Source of the DNA: Takakia lepidozioides
Taxonomy: Eukaryota; Plantae; Bryophyta
NCBI GenBank assembly: GCA_030704615.1
Contig: CM060734.1
Span: forward strand, 62,496,001-62,560,000
Length of the DNA stretch: 64,000 bases
Direction: 5' to 3'
Part shown: in pieces, positions 33,387-47,900 of the stretch
How positions within the stretch are numbered: the stretch's first letter is position 1
Layout: each line of letters opens with the position of its first letter
The notes under the pieces: model-generated
Seen by the model: the letters and a program-made list of their open reading frames with translations, nothing else
What the model was told of the DNA's origin: nothing
Databases searched by the model: none
Translations under genes and position numbers: made by a program

Positions 33387-35529
33387 GTACTAAATCCTTA
33401 TCTACAAAGAATGTGTTGGTTTGAGTGTTTCTAGAGGCTTGCCTGTCTACTTCCACCAGAAACAAGGAACAAAAAGAGGAAAAGAGAACTACCCTTGTAC
33501 TCCAGAGAGAAAATTCTTAATGTCACTATCTGGGCATTGTATTCCTGGGTGACAGTCTTTGCGCTCACTAGTATAGGGCCTTCTTGGTTGACTCTCTGTT
33601 TCGAAATACTAACAGCTGATGAGATCGTATCTTAGAGAAAGGAGAGGAAAGAGAGACTAGGGGTGATCAGGGATTACAGTATGGGTCGTTCTCATTTCTT
33701 TCTCTCACCGAAATCATGGACATCTATGTAATACACTGAATCTAGTTCACATGTTTAGTGTTGTATATTGTAGCTGACTGCTAAGATTACTTCCATGATC
33801 TAATCACATTTCTGTGAGAATGATAGTGAGGTGGAAATCAGGTTGTGAATGGGTTTGGGGGCAACTTGATGTGAGTTGGGTCCAGGCAGAACAATTGCAA
33901 TTGATCCAGGAAATTAAAGGAGGGCGAGGAGGGGAGTAACAGCGGTTGATGGACTATGTCCATCATAACTCCTGTTGGAGTTGTCAGGCATATCCTTGTT
34001 GGCTATTCCTGTGTACGTTGATAGTGACAGTACTAAGGATGGCAGAGTTCCTGTAGGATGAACGCACCCTTTCCAATGTCCAGGGTATGGAACTCTGCCA
34101 AAACTGCGAGGTGCTACATACGGATAATGACAGTGCATCAGATGAATTTCAGTGCTGACTTGAAGGGTGGCATTTCCGTTATGCTGGGAAGCATAAAGGT
34201 TATCTCAGCACTGGTGCTGCAGCGCTCTTCCTGAACATAGATTTGACGTCACAGGGTCTGCCTTGGGATACAGATACTGGGTCTGAATGGCTCAGGGCCT
34301 TGTCATTCCTTTGGCAACAATGGTATCACCTAGTCCAGAGTGTTTGAAGGCAACAGGTAATTTGAACGAGTTGATTTGAGCCTACAATCAAAGTCAAGGC
34401 ATAGTAATGGGAATTATGGAAGTGCTAGGGTCTACTTTCTTACATACCCAATGGAAACATAGGCCCAATTGCCTTTCTGTAGGATGTGGGATGCCACTAC
34501 AATGACTTAATGTTGTTTCCTTTGGACTTCAACTATACTTCACTCTTGTTCACTCGTGGGAACAAAAAATTACTCGTCATTGGTGTCATCCTCTAAAGAA
34601 TTTCGTCATATATGCAGTTTGAACAGGTTGGCCATCAAAATTCAGCCCTCAATGCCCTCCCATGTGAAAGCATGAAACAAGCTCACATTGGCCAGCAACT
34701 GCCCACAAATATGGCAAGGCAGGATGCTTGACAACATTTGTCCATGTCACTCTTCACTCACTTTGATTTTTTTCTTAACTTTAATTTTTAATGAAAGTAA
34801 AGGTGCAAGGAAAAAAGCAACCTTGCAGCGGTGCCATGGAGGCCAACAAAGGAGACACCGCCCTGTGACCGAATTTTCAACTGCAAGGCTCCGGTTCAGT
34901 GCATGATACACCTTTTAATCTGCAATTTTTTATGTTTTTATGTTTTTTTTTTTTTTTTTTGGTGAAAGGGTTTGGAGCCCTTGTTAGTTTTATTTATAGT
35001 TATTGCAGGGAAAAAAATTAAAACCCTTACATGCCCATAGGCTGCCATGAGTCTTAACACACGAGCACCATGTTGGAGATACCATGCGAACTATGCCTGA
35101 ATGCCTGCCAAGAGGCTTGAGATCGAATGCCCGAATGCCTGCCATGAGGCTAGCGACTAGAGCTCAAATCTAAGACCTGGAAGTGATCAGAGACTTAAGC
35201 TAGTAAGGAGCTCCTATAGAAGGATGCAAGACAGAGTGGACTGTTGCAGTCTGACGAGACCAGAGAGCTCTACGTGGGTAAGAGGGAGGTACCCAAGGTT
35301 GAACACAGAGGATGAGCCAAGACAGGGGTTACGCTAAAGAGAAAGCAGCAGAATCAATGGTGTCTATATGTGAAAGTGCAGCCGAGCCCAAGATGCCACC
35401 TTTACATGTTTCCAAAAAGAGAAAAGTATGACGCCTTCCGAAGGGAGCGTAACTTATGGTGTCACTTCACCACAAGGGGTACTGCCTTCCAGCTGAAAGG
35501 TGGACACCTTTACATGTTTCCAATTGATG

Positions 35530-37755
35530 TCCGATTTGTCAAACTCCTCCCTTTCTATTTCTCTTTGTGGCGGATGCTCTAGGATACCTTCTTGATGACA
35601 ACCTTCTCTTCAAAGGCCTCAGACTTAAAATTCCTAAATTGCAAATGTGGATCCAAGTCAAGGACTCAATGTTTGTGATGACACGTCTCTGCTCCTTGAG
35701 GCCCACCCAGATACATTGCAGGCTGCGGAACAAACCTTGCTAAAGTTCTGTAGTATCTTGGGATTCAGAGTCAATTGGTCAAAAACCAAAGCTCTCCTTG
35801 TGGGAGACTCATCTAAATCCTCTATTGGGATCGTTCCGACCTGGGGCGCCGGACGTCTGGTATGGCTCAAAGATGGAGAGACGACCACTCTGTTGGGTCA
35901 CACCTTTGGAAATAATATCACTGATGAGTAGAGGATGCAGCCTACGGTTTCCAACCTCAAACACCAACTGGTGTATTGGGGTTCCAAATTTCTATCCATC
36001 ACATTTAGAGCCCTAGTTGCCAACCAAATCCTACAGGCTGGTATATGGTATTTTGCGTCCACATGGGGCCCCAGCTCTAAGATTATTCAAGAGGTCAAAC
36101 GTTGTGTGCGTAATTTCATCTAGGGGCCCAGTCTTCTTTGCAAAACAAACGACCACGGGTATCGTGGCATCAAATATGCCAGCCTAAGAAGCAGGGTGGC
36201 TCGGTGTGTTAGACCCGGGTACTCAAATTCAGGCATTGCTTGGGAAGTGGATCCCACGGTTCCTAGGGCCTGAAGGAGGTTGGTGGAAACTGCTAATTAT
36301 CGCTAATATTTGTGCCAGCTCCCCCCTTCAATCCACCTCCTGGGCACCTTCTCTCCGCTGGATATCTCAAGGGTTCAACCATAAGATAGTTGGATCTTCT
36401 CTCTGGTCATCCATTTGGAGGGCCTGGAATAGACTCAAACCCTTCTTGATCAAACAAGCTCCCCTCTTTCCATGAGACCTTGAGACAACATCTTTTTCTC
36501 AACTCTGCAAAGCCATCCCAGGTAGAAAAACAGCAGGCCAAAAGATGGGCGGCATGGGAAACAAGGGGAATTAGCCAAGTTCAAGACCTCTGGATTAGTA
36601 CTCCAGCTCGTCTGGAGAATGATCATTCTTGTTGAAAAAGATCCCAACGTGCGGCCTTGGAGTAGGAGAATAACCCCTTGGAGAAATACTGCTCAGGGCT
36701 GGAGCTCTTCCAAAAAGCCCACCCAATGGGTGACCTTCAACGACAAAGAGTTCCATATCTTCTATGTCACTGCAACCCAAAATGCCTTGCTAAAGGGTTT
36801 CGGATTCAAGGCAGACCCCTTCTCAGGCATACTGACTCTCGCCACCCCAATTGAGACTCTGACCCCGTGCGCTAGAGCAAGACCAGCTCGAATATGCCAC
36901 TGGTCTTCAATCTCTAAAGACTACAACCCTTTGCACCCGCTGGGCATTCCAGTGGCAGTCTGGTTGGCTAAAGAGACATTTGCATGGATAGGGGGTCAGG
37001 AGCTGCAACTCCTGCAATTGGACCCAGCTGAGTGGCTGTGGAAATTTGGGAACTCTCCTCAGCCCTTCTTCACGTTCACCGCTAAAAAAGCTTACAGGGC
37101 ACTTAGCAAAGCAACCCAACTCTATGCCAAATGGAACACTAGATGGGGGCATGCTAATTTTGTGTTGGAAAAGTGGAACTGTATGTGGAAATTGATATGG
37201 GAAAAAAACAAGCCTACAAAGCTGAGCGCCTTTTTATGGCAGATTGCCAACAGGATATTGAAAGTAGGGCAGTTTTTGGCTTTCCAGGACGCATTTTTAT
37301 GCAGATGTTGCTCGATTCAAACTATAGAAAGTCTGGAATGCTATCTCCTCTGCTGTTTGGCTCCAATGGCAATCTGGCGCTTGGTTCTGGCATTCTACCA
37401 TCCCTAGAGATCGCCACCTCAAGGACCCATTGCCCTGCTCCTCAATTACAATCAGAGAGAAAAGACAAAAGCCTCAGACTGCCCAGTTTATGAAACCCTT
37501 AGATCAGCTACCCTATGGCACTTATGGAAAGCCAGATATAAATGGTCCTTGGACTCTCACAACACCTCAGTCACAACAATCCTTACTTAGGTTTTCTTTG
37601 ATTTGACCATTGCTGCCAAACACGCATGGGCCAAAATGTGTGCAGAGATCGCCAGAAGACCCCAATGTCAGTTTGCTCTCTTCGACACCTTCCAGGCGAC
37701 CTGGGGAAGAGACGGACTCATTTGCAGATGCTCTGATGCTCTGATACTCGAGCTG
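35530..37755 (+). mobile_element. Degenerate L1-clade LINE (RT C-terminal half and zf-RVT)
   Basis: LFLFVADAL, DDT, GFRVNWSKTK, RALVANQIL, KLSAFLWQIANRIL...CRCC...ES; multiple stops. Confidence 0.85.
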
Positions 37756-37756
37756 C

Positions 37757-39209
37757 CCCTTCCCCCATCATTTGCTCATAGGTCTCCAAAGCCTCCATCC
37801 CACGCCCCTGCTGGGCATATCTTGCAATCATCACACTCCACGACACCACATCTCGTTCAGCCATACTGTCAAACACTCCCTTTGCACTCACATTTGCATA
37901 CATGTCCAACAGGGCAGTGTTCAGGATGACATCTGGTACAAATCCAGCTTTGACGATGTCACCATGGACCTCTTTGCACCTTTCCAGGGCTGCCAGGCTT
38001 GCACAAGCATTGCAAATGCAAACAAATGTTATGCGGTCGGGCTTCACCCCTTCCCCCATCATTTGCTCATAGGTCTCCGAAAGCCTCCATCCCGCGCCCT
38101 TGCTGTGCATATCCTGCAATCATCGCCCTCCACGAAACCATATCTCGTTCAGCCATACTGTCGAAAACTCCCTTTTGCATCCTCGATGCACTCACACATA
38201 CATGTCCAGCAGGGCAGTGTTCAGAATGACATCGGGTACAATTCCAGATGTGACGATGTCACCATGGACCACTTTGCACCTTTCCAGAGCTGCCAGGCTT
38301 GCACACGCATTGCATATGCAAACAAACGTTATGTGGTCGGGCTTCACCCCTTCCCCCATCATTTGCTCATAGGTCTTTGAAGCCTCCATCTCGCGCCCTT
38401 GCTGTGCATATCCTGCAATCATCGCCCTCCACGACACCACATCTCATTCAGCCATACTGTCGAAAACTTCCTTCATACATGTCCACGAGGGTATTGTTCA
38501 GAATGAAATTTGTACAATTGCAGCTCTGACAATGTCGCCATGGACCTCTTCGCCCTTTCCCAGAGCTGCCAGGCTTGCACATGCACACAAATGTGATGTG
38601 GTCGGGCTTCTTTCCCCTTTACCAGAGCTCCCAGGCTTGCATACGCATTGCAAACACAAACAAATGTGATGTGGTTGGGCTTCACCCCTTCGCGCAACAT
38701 TTGCTCATAGGTCTCCAAAGCATTCCTACCACACCCATGCTTGGTAAATCCTGCCAACATTATCACGTGATCAAAGATCGTTGAGGCATTCTGTTGAACA
38801 CTTGGTGAGCATCCATGATGCTACCGCACTTAACATACATGTTGACAAGGGTGTAGAGTAGAAAAACATTTGGCGTGAATCCACTTTGGATAATGTGAGT
38901 GTGCATCTGCTTTCTAGCTTCCAGACCTTCCATCCTGATGCACTTAAGCAAGAAATAGACATGTGTATCTGAATTTGCTGAAATGCCTCCTTGCCAGAAG
39001 AGGCATTATGGACTTCTCTCTTAAACCCCTTTCAGAAGTTGTGGTCATGATTGAGGTGCCTGATTTTATCAACTGTGCCGCTGCAGCTGCTACCTTTAGT
39101 TAACCATCTGCCCATGCAGGTTTCTTATAGCTATTGATTCATAGGGAATCATAGGTAATCTGGAGCTTGAAATCTGGCCCTCTTGGATGAATCTAGACCC
39201 ACACTCTAT
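37757..39209 (-). pseudogene. Third, inverted PDF-PPR paralogue: disabled 5' part of the terminal exon
   Basis: From 39192 reads IHPRGPDFKLQITYDSL*INSYKKPAWADG*, then degenerate L/S/P repeats with deletions. Retains the intron acceptor ATAGAGTGTGGGTC-AG seen at 11468-11483. Confidence 0.9.
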
Positions 39210-40713
39210 GAGCGTAGCTACGGCGTGAGCCTAGCCACGTGAGCCCAGGAGCTCAGCTCACGTTTTGCCCTCTAAGCGTGAGCCCAGGGTTTAGAGGAAG
39301 GAGAAGCAAGTCCTATAACCGAGAACAGGGTTTAGAGGCACGACATATTGAGTCCCCTTTAGAAACACGGCGATCGACCCAATTCCCCCCAGCCCTACTT
39401 CGTCAACCCCAAGCACTCCCACCCCAAGCACTTCATGCAGTGGTCCTACCCTCCACCAGCCGCGCTCCACCTTGAAGACGAGCCCCAAGCCGCGATCCCA
39501 CCTGGCCCCACTCTCATCAAGCCCCAACCTTCTGTGGTCACTGTTCCTATAAGTATACTCCTGCAGCAGCCACACCCACTAGTGAGTTGCTTTTCAACCC
39601 ACCGACAATAGTAACTATCTAGAAAGTAGAACTCTCTAGAAAGTCAACTAGTGAACTAGGGGAGATGGCTATACCAACTCTGGCCCGCGAATAGCAGGTT
39701 TTACGGGTTCTGGACCTAGCTGGCGGGTCCGGGTCCGGTTTTTAAATGAACCCAGGTCAGGGCCGAGTTTTTGGTGATGGCACGGGTCCGGATCCGGATA
39801 GGTAACCCGGATCCTAACCAAGGTTTTTTTAGGGATTTCGAAAACGGGTAGGAGTGGCTATATATATTGGGTGAGGCTACATGTATTTCCACCCTTGTCA
39901 TATTTTGCGAATCAAATGGATGTTGATGAGCAATAGAAGGTGAAGTACAGAAATAGTTGAAAGCCGTATAGTTCTCACAAGACTGGCGACAAGAATCTCC
40001 TTGAGAAACGGAGGAGGCCCCACAATCCTAAACCCACTCCTCTAAGCAGGTAGAGATTGAACACGGCCTACTAAGACCAAGCTGACTCTCCCAAGAACCT
40101 TGCAAACATCAGGAAAAATACCAAATCATGGTACTGATAGGAGCCGAGAGCCCACCTTTGCAGGATGGACAAACTTCTTCAGATCGTACATTAAGAAAAA
40201 GCCACACCCTTCCCCCATCATTTTCTTGATCCTTCATCTGCCAAGACAATCTCTTCATCAAATCTTCAGCTCAGCATCGATTTCCTCAATTCGTTGAGAG
40301 CTTGCACCTTGCAAGGTGAACGATGGCGGAAAACGCAGATCAAGATGATCAAGATTCGGGCATTTCGGGCAATTCCGAAAAAAGTTATCGCGACAATTTC
40401 TATTGGCTTATTTCGGGAGGGCAGCCCGGGCAGATTTAAATAATTTGACAACGAAACTTGGCGATGATGACGTGGTGACGAAAACGTGGCACTATGGCAC
40501 CCTATTCCTGCTCCACGCTAAACTAGCTTCCGACCTTCGGTCGTCGCTAGAATTTAGTAGTGAAACCAATGTGATAGGGGGTGGGGAGGATTTGACAAGG
40601 GCCCCGCTGGAGGAGCCCAAGTTGCCAGAATCCGGCAAAAGTACTGTCAGATCACGCGCGTCCATTAAGTTCTTACATTATTCCTATTATCTTCCAATTT
40701 TTACAGTGTCTTT

Positions 40714-40866
40714 AGAACAAGCCTAATACGGCGATGGGCCCTCTTGCTTTGGCAAAACATAAGAGGAGGTGAGAGTAAGGGGCATGACTTAGAGAACAAG
40801 CCTAATACGGCGATGGGCTCTCTTGCTTTGGCAAAACATAAGAGGAGGTGAGAGTAAGGGGCATGA
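40714..40866. repeat. Tandem direct repeat, period 79 bp, two copies
   Basis: AGAACAAGCCTAATACGGCGATGGGC...GAGAGTAAGGGGCATGA at 40714 and 40793. Confidence 0.9.
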
Positions 40867-43432
40867 TTCAACACAACGTACCAATTGGAGCTTTGACACC
40901 GTATAAGGTCCTTTGGCCACATTTTCTCCATTGACTTGAACATGTTGCAAAGTCTGTCTCTACAACAGAGCCAATAAAGAGGAGCCAATAAAACAAAACA
41001 AACTATCTTCCTTAAGAAAAGAAAAAAAAATAGTGAACAGGGGCCACAGGCCTTGAATTATTTTTATTAAGTTTATTTCGGGGAAAAAAAATTAAAACCC
41101 CCGAATTACACCATGAGGTACATCTTGCTTAGTATGTTGATTTTGGTTCATAGGCTATATGGTCTTTATACAGTTGACCCTCCTTTATTGTTACGCCTTG
41201 GGAGTAAGAAAAAAATAACAATCACAGAGTGATAACATATTACCAATTAAAGAGGGCGACCAAGACTCTTCTTAACATTTATCCATGTAACAGTAAATCA
41301 GGGATGATTTCAAAAAATATAACATTTACAGAATTACATGTCAAATCGACTGAAAATTCTGTCAATAGTGTCATGTCGACAATTTGCAACCTGCAACGTA
41401 GATAACTTGGACTATTTTCTACAGATCTAACCCTTTTAGAAAGTCTCTCAACCAACCACCGAGGGTTGTTGTTCTAGAAACATATTAATCACTTTGAATT
41501 CCTCCTGAACATTGGAAAATGTCACTTGTGCCACTGGATCTAAAATAGGTTCGTCTTCGTCATCTGTTTGCACATGGATCAACGAGCTCCCAGGCTTTCC
41601 GTAGGTGGATATGGAGTGTTCAAATCGCGTTCTTCCTCGTAATGAACAAATTCGTGACCCCCCCATAGTCGGAAACGTAACTACATTGCATTATATAAAG
41701 CCAATTTGCTAGACATCCATCCCTATATTAATTCAGAAATTTAATCGTCACATGTCGGTAGTTCCACATTATTTATTTCTTAATGAAATGTCAATGGAAA
41801 TATTTATGTTTCAACCTACTTTAGGCGGCCTTCGCCTTCACTGTACTTTCCTAACAAAGAGGTGGACATAACGTATATCAAGGGTCACTTTACAAAGGAG
41901 GGAGTACCATTTTTGTAACGTTTAACATATAAAATCCCTACTGTAGCATAGTGTAAAATTTTAGGGCGTAAAAAAAAGATAACAATTACACCCCTTATAA
42001 CACATAAAGAGGGCACATTCAGCCAGGGTCGACTGTATATGAGATTGTAGGGTCATAGAGAGCCTACCAGATAGGCTATCCATCAAGCTTGTAAATATCT
42101 TATTTGGATATAACTCTGAGAAATTATGCTGCCCAAATGGGGGGTCCAATATGGGGAATTTCACCAGGAACTAGAGCACTATTCAGGGTCTATAGGACAT
42201 TATTTAAACGTAGAGCTACGTATAGCCTTCCATTATCAGCCTTTATGGCACTCTACCACAGGTTATTTCTTCCTCTTTGTAATTCTCGGACGTTTTTTGG
42301 TCCATTATCTATAAAGTTTTAGGCTACTGTCCCTCTTCTCTTTGATAAAAAAAAAAGAAAAAAAAAGAAAAAAAAAAAACATGATATATCTTGCCCAAAT
42401 ATGTAGAGCAGTTTCATTCGGCCCGGTTAATTCTAAAGTGGTCCAGGAATTAGCGTGGTCCAGGAATTAAAAGAGGATCCAAAAATTAAGGATTGACTTT
42501 CTAGAGTAGCTGACTTTCTAGATAGTTCTAGTTCTAGTTGACTTTTTACATAGTTCCAGTTTCTAGATACTTGTACTAATATGTCGGTCCGATGAGAAGC
42601 AACTGACTAGTTGCTTGTAACTTGTGTCTTCAACATGCTGGTGAGTCCGGGTTACCCCTTTTCAATAAAAAAAATGGACCCTCCGGGTCCGCCTTTCAGA
42701 TTTGTGTGCACATACAATCCGGGTCAGGTCAAGGTAAACTAAGATCTGAATAATGAGCCAGGTTAAGGGATGTCCCGGTATTCATATAACATACCATCAG
42801 GGCAGGGCTAGGGAAAATTAAGGGTCCGGGCCTATTAAACAAATAATGGCACAACACAGTAATAAGGAAGGGGGGGAAAAAAAAACTGAGTCCGATAGAA
42901 AATGGCGTTGCTAATTCAAGTTTTCAACACTTTAAGAAAAAAATGTTTCAGGGTGGTATCCCTTGTCTACTTCACGGCGTTCTTCAGCATTTTTTTTTCC
43001 TTGTTTCGCCTTTTAATTTGACTTGAAATGCTAAGAGGGGGGGTAGAACATGGCGTAAGAACAAACAAGGCAGAGGAAACCCTGCTGCACCTACTGAGCC
43101 AGTTTTGCAATGGAGCTCTAAGAACAATGTAAGCTGCTTTAGAACCGAGAAACAGGAGAGACAATGAGGGGAGGCAGAAAAGGCCCGCTAGAGGGGGATG
43201 CTCCAGCCTGCGAGTTCGGAGCTGCAGATGCTACAAACCGACAGGCGAGCGATTGGTGCTTCAGATTCAGAACACTAAAAAAACCCCTCTGATCTCTCCT
43301 TCGTCTCTATTAGCTGATTTGCTACAGTCACGGGAACCAGTAAGTCCTCACGGCCTCTACAGTGGTTATTTTTTCCACTGATATGACTCTTCTTTTATTT
43401 AATTTGATTAAAAGGGCCCCTATCCCCTTTAA

Positions 43433-44244
43433 CCCTCAAGTTCCCAAGCGACCTGAATTGGGTCACTTTGAATTTGCAGTTCAACCTAATTTTTGCAGAT
43501 CTAATCTGATGGGGCCCACTTCTGAAGCTTTAGTGACAACGGATTTGTCTCGAGTATGATGCAAAAAACAAAATTAAAAAAAAACAAAAGCTTCTACCTA
43601 CAAAAAATATCTTAGATCTCTCATTTACGTTTTGGGGCCTGAAAAGGGCTTGTTGACCGCTGATGTGGCAGGTTAACAAGCTCAAAACAGATTGCACTCC
43701 AAAGGCCATTTTTGGCAAAAAAATTAACAATTTTGGAAAAAGCACTTCACCTTGTGGTGTGTGAGCATTACATACACACATCCACCATTGGCTTTTAAAA
43801 AATTTGTAGAGAAAAAAGTACTTCATTTGGAGGCACATTTTCTCTTGTCAATTTTGAGATTTCAACCCCCATGTAATTGCATGCATAGCAAGCATAGGTG
43901 AAAAAATCAGTTGGACCTGCGATTTAGTGGGGTCATAGCCACTCCACTATTGATTTGGATCTTGGGGCAAGCAAAATTGGATAAAGCTAGGTTTTGATTT
44001 GGTCAAACCAATTTCTTTCTCACTTTTTATTTGGGACCTGATATTGTCCGGGGCCAACGCTACAATCTCACAATTACCACGGTGGACTTGGCTCCTTTTT
44101 TGGTATGTCATGCATAAATGAGCTGGGCCCATTGCTATAAGGCTGGAGTCTCTGGATGATTTTCGGTAGGTTTCTGGGGGCAATTTACTGCAGCTGGGTA
44201 CCCAAAATTGGTAAAAAGTAAAAAAGGGCTTGGGAACTTAAGGG
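43433..44244. mobile_element. TTAA-flanked MITE family A (piggyBac-like), 812 bp
   Basis: TTAA|CCCTCAAGTTCCCAAGC ... GCTTGGGAACTTAAGGG|TTAA; 17-bp TIR with one mismatch; non-coding. Confidence 0.85.
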
Positions 44245-44907
44245 TTAATTAAAAAAAAAAAACAATTGACTATAGTGCACCGCTCCTTTTTTCAAAAAAT
44301 AAAATAAAACAAATTCGTTGGCATATAATCAATGAAGAGGGAAAAAAGTAAAATCCCTAAGAAGCCATAAGGTAGATTACACACCCACTCGTGAGGAGTC
44401 TGAAGGAGTTTGAAGATTTGTTGAATCACAATGGCAATATGGCAGCCCTCAATGCTCTCCAATGTGCAGGCATGAAACAAGCTCACGGTGGGGTTGATGC
44501 TTTATTGGTAAGCAACCCAGTATATGGCAAGGCAGGATGCATGAAAACATATGTCCATGTCACTCTGCACGCAGTCTGACTTTGCAAACGCATCGCATCA
44601 GTCGATTGAACATGATACACTTTTTTAATGTGCAAACTTCCATCATGAAGTAAATAATCTGGAGACACTGTAGATGATCAACCTGCACTGCCAAGTAGAA
44701 TTTCTGTATTCTGATAGTTGAAAAGCTGTTTTCCCTCAACAATTCGTGGGTGCTATGGTTACCAGCTGATATCGAAGACCGTTCCACCTTAAGACTCTTC
44801 AACCTGCAACAAATATGTCTCTTCCACCATGTACAATGCAGCCAAGATCCATTGACTATAGACTGAAAAGCGTGATTCATAACACTGACCGATCTTCTGC
44901 AGTCTTG

Positions 44908-47900
44908 CTAGATTTTCTGGCTGGAAAGGGTAGCAGTGCACTGTGCCATAGTGCGTGAAGCACGGGATATTGGATCAGTCATGTAAAAATTCTCAAACGC
45001 TCTGGCAAATGAAGATAATTCAAGCTTTGAGGCAGGCTCAGTCTTGAGGGATGGAGACCAGTCGGAAGCAGGCTCCAATTCATCCACACGGAATAAGTTG
45101 GGAGACACTGCTAGCATGCGAGCTCTTACTGCATTTGCAGTGTCATAAGGCAGCCGCACCCCTGCCACCTCTGATAAGGCTCGGATTATTTTCCAATCAT
45201 CCCGAGCATCACCAACAGTCGGTACTGCAGGACTTGTTTGTTGAGTGCGGCCTTCAGTATTTTCATAGGTGCCTTCCTTCTCAGTGTAGGCTGACCCAGG
45301 GAGGATAACGTTGGCTCTGTAGGCACTGCGATCACCATGATGTCCTTGGTAGACAACAAATGCATCAGCTGGGATATCTGCTGGAGTCAAATCATCAGCA
45401 CCTAGCAGATATAGAAATTTCACCCCACGCTTGCTAACTCTTGCACCTGCCACCAAGCCCAAATCACGAGCACCAGCCTGGGCTGCATTCAAGAGCAGGA
45501 CATTTAACCCATTCCAATCATCTCGCACAAGCTTGCCTTGTTCTACAATAGTTTGTATTCCTGCCATAACTGCTGTCTTATCTTGGCGTTCCAACAACGC
45601 CGCACCAACAACAACAACTGGCCGTTCTGCTGTTGCCAACACTGCACAAAAGGGATGCCGGCCCTCCGCTATTTTGCAGAGAGTTTCAGTGCCAGTGCCC
45701 AAGTGCTGATGAGGATAAGCCAAGTCCATAGGAGTTCCAATGCTAGCAACCGTTGCCCTCGACTGGCGTACAGCTTTCCTTAGCCTTGCATTAACCAGCG
45801 GTGCCTCCCACCGTATCTTCATCCATAAAAACCAAACCTTTGTTAAACCCTATTGAACCCTCAAATTTCTCTGACAAGCCAGCAGGGGTGTCAAAATCAA
45901 TATTATCCTCTCTTTTACCCAATATCCCATCCTCAAGTTCACCTGATCGCCCTACCCTACGATGACCTATGACAGATTGCTTGGAAAAGAAAACTATAGT
46001 GAGTATCCAGTGCTTTTGAGACCTTAAAGCTTCATTGATCTCTTCCCCAACAACCTTAAATTCAAACTGATTCTTGACATTACCCAGAGCATGAGTTCAA
46101 GTGATCATAGACACCACCACCCCGATGTGGACCAATGTGCTACGACTTTGGTGGGTCTCTTGACCAGACCACTTCACCAGTTCCTTCTTCAATAGGTACG
46201 AGGTCAAGAGATCCAATCATTCTTCCACTGCCTGCTTGACAGCGTACATTCATTTGGGGGGCAGAGAAAGACAAAACTTTGTGATACAAGTCTCCTCCCG
46301 CTCTTGTGAGCCTACTTCTTATGAGAGAGCTGAAACAAATAGGGGCCAAGAAACCAACAGAGAAACCAACCTGGGTGCCTATTAAGAGGCAGACATCTGC
46401 GTGCTCTAGGGTGGCAATCCCAGTGTTAAGCAGGAACCTGGCTCGCAAGTCGGCTTCCACTAATTCACCATCACCTTCGCACCATAAACGTTCACAACCC
46501 ATTTTATTTAGGAAGTCCTTCAGAGCCATCATTGACTCAGCATCAGATAGTTTGCCAGCTATCCCCACCATCTCCTCAGGCTTCACTAGGTGTGCCGCCT
46601 CTGCCACAGCTTCAAGAGCATCAGGCCATGTCACAGCCTCCAAGTGTCCATCTGAGCGGCGGATCATGGGCTCACTCAACCGTTGGCGCTTCAGACCATC
46701 ATAGCTAAATCTTGCTTTGTCTGAGATCCATTCCTCATTAACTTCCTGTGCATTGTTGTGAATACACTGGTCACTCTCACATTATTAACACAGCCTAGCA
46801 CTGTGAAACAATTGTTCCTGTGTACAGTTGCCAATTTCACTAAAAATTGCAAATGAACTTCACATCCTCTGGCATCATAGTCCTCAGATCTGGGCTCAGG
46901 TCACAGCAGTGCCCATACACTAGCCTCGCGTTGATTTCACCCTTCACCCTTGAGACATGGCTGTTGTTGTAAATTTCCATCCACTACTCCAGACAACCTA
47001 TGGTTGACCCTGGCAGTGATAACTGATCTAGCATTCAGCAAGTCCACCCTTATTGCCAATACAAGTGTCTCTCTCTTATTCTGTGAATACCACCTTAGAC
47101 CCCTGGCATACGACCTGGCATATATGGGCAACTAAGTAGGTACAATTGCAATGCATAAATCACAGTCACCTCAACCTCAGTTCTGTTGCCCTAACAAATA
47201 TCCCATGGGGTCACAAGCTTAAAATTCTCTCATTCATTCAGCTGGAGATTCGTTCACCACATTTTGAACCGTATCTCCCAGATAAAACATCTCTAATCTT
47301 AACTGAAGGAGAAAGAGACCTCATGAAGACGAGGAAGGACCCGCATCACTTCAGGGCCGCGGCTGTCAACACGGATGCTCGAGCCAACAGCATCCAATAC
47401 ATCAATGCTTTCAGTACTTTTCAACTCCCAGCTTCTTGCCGTGAAAGCATATGGCTTGGATGTCAGTGCACCCACAGGGCACACATCAATAACATTGCCT
47501 GAAAGCTCGCTGGTCATTAGATTCTCCACATATGTTCCTATCTCCTCACTCCCTCCACGTCCCAGCACACCCAAGTCCTCCACCCCTGCTATCTCTTTAG
47601 CAAACCTCACGCATCTGGAACAATTGAAATGACAGAAACCATGGTCAGCAGCAAGTTTACCAAATCGTATAGAATCTGATAATACCCAATGCTCCATGAT
47701 GCTTGTGCTGCTGCCTTGCAAAAATATCTATGCAAAGAAAATAAACCCAGAAGTCAATGGACAAGGCAGTGTCACCTTCAACGTTAGAGACTTCCCTATT
47801 GAATGCATCAACAAAACTCCAGAAACGCCAACAGGCAGCACAAGCTCAAAACCTCCAAATAAGCTATAGTTACTTTGACCCTGACCAAGAATAAAAGAGT

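Noticed and set aside
41170-41700. Possible pogo-like terminus (TA|CAGTTGACCCTCC) and transposase C-terminal remnant
   Set aside because: No matching opposite TIR and no DDE motif.
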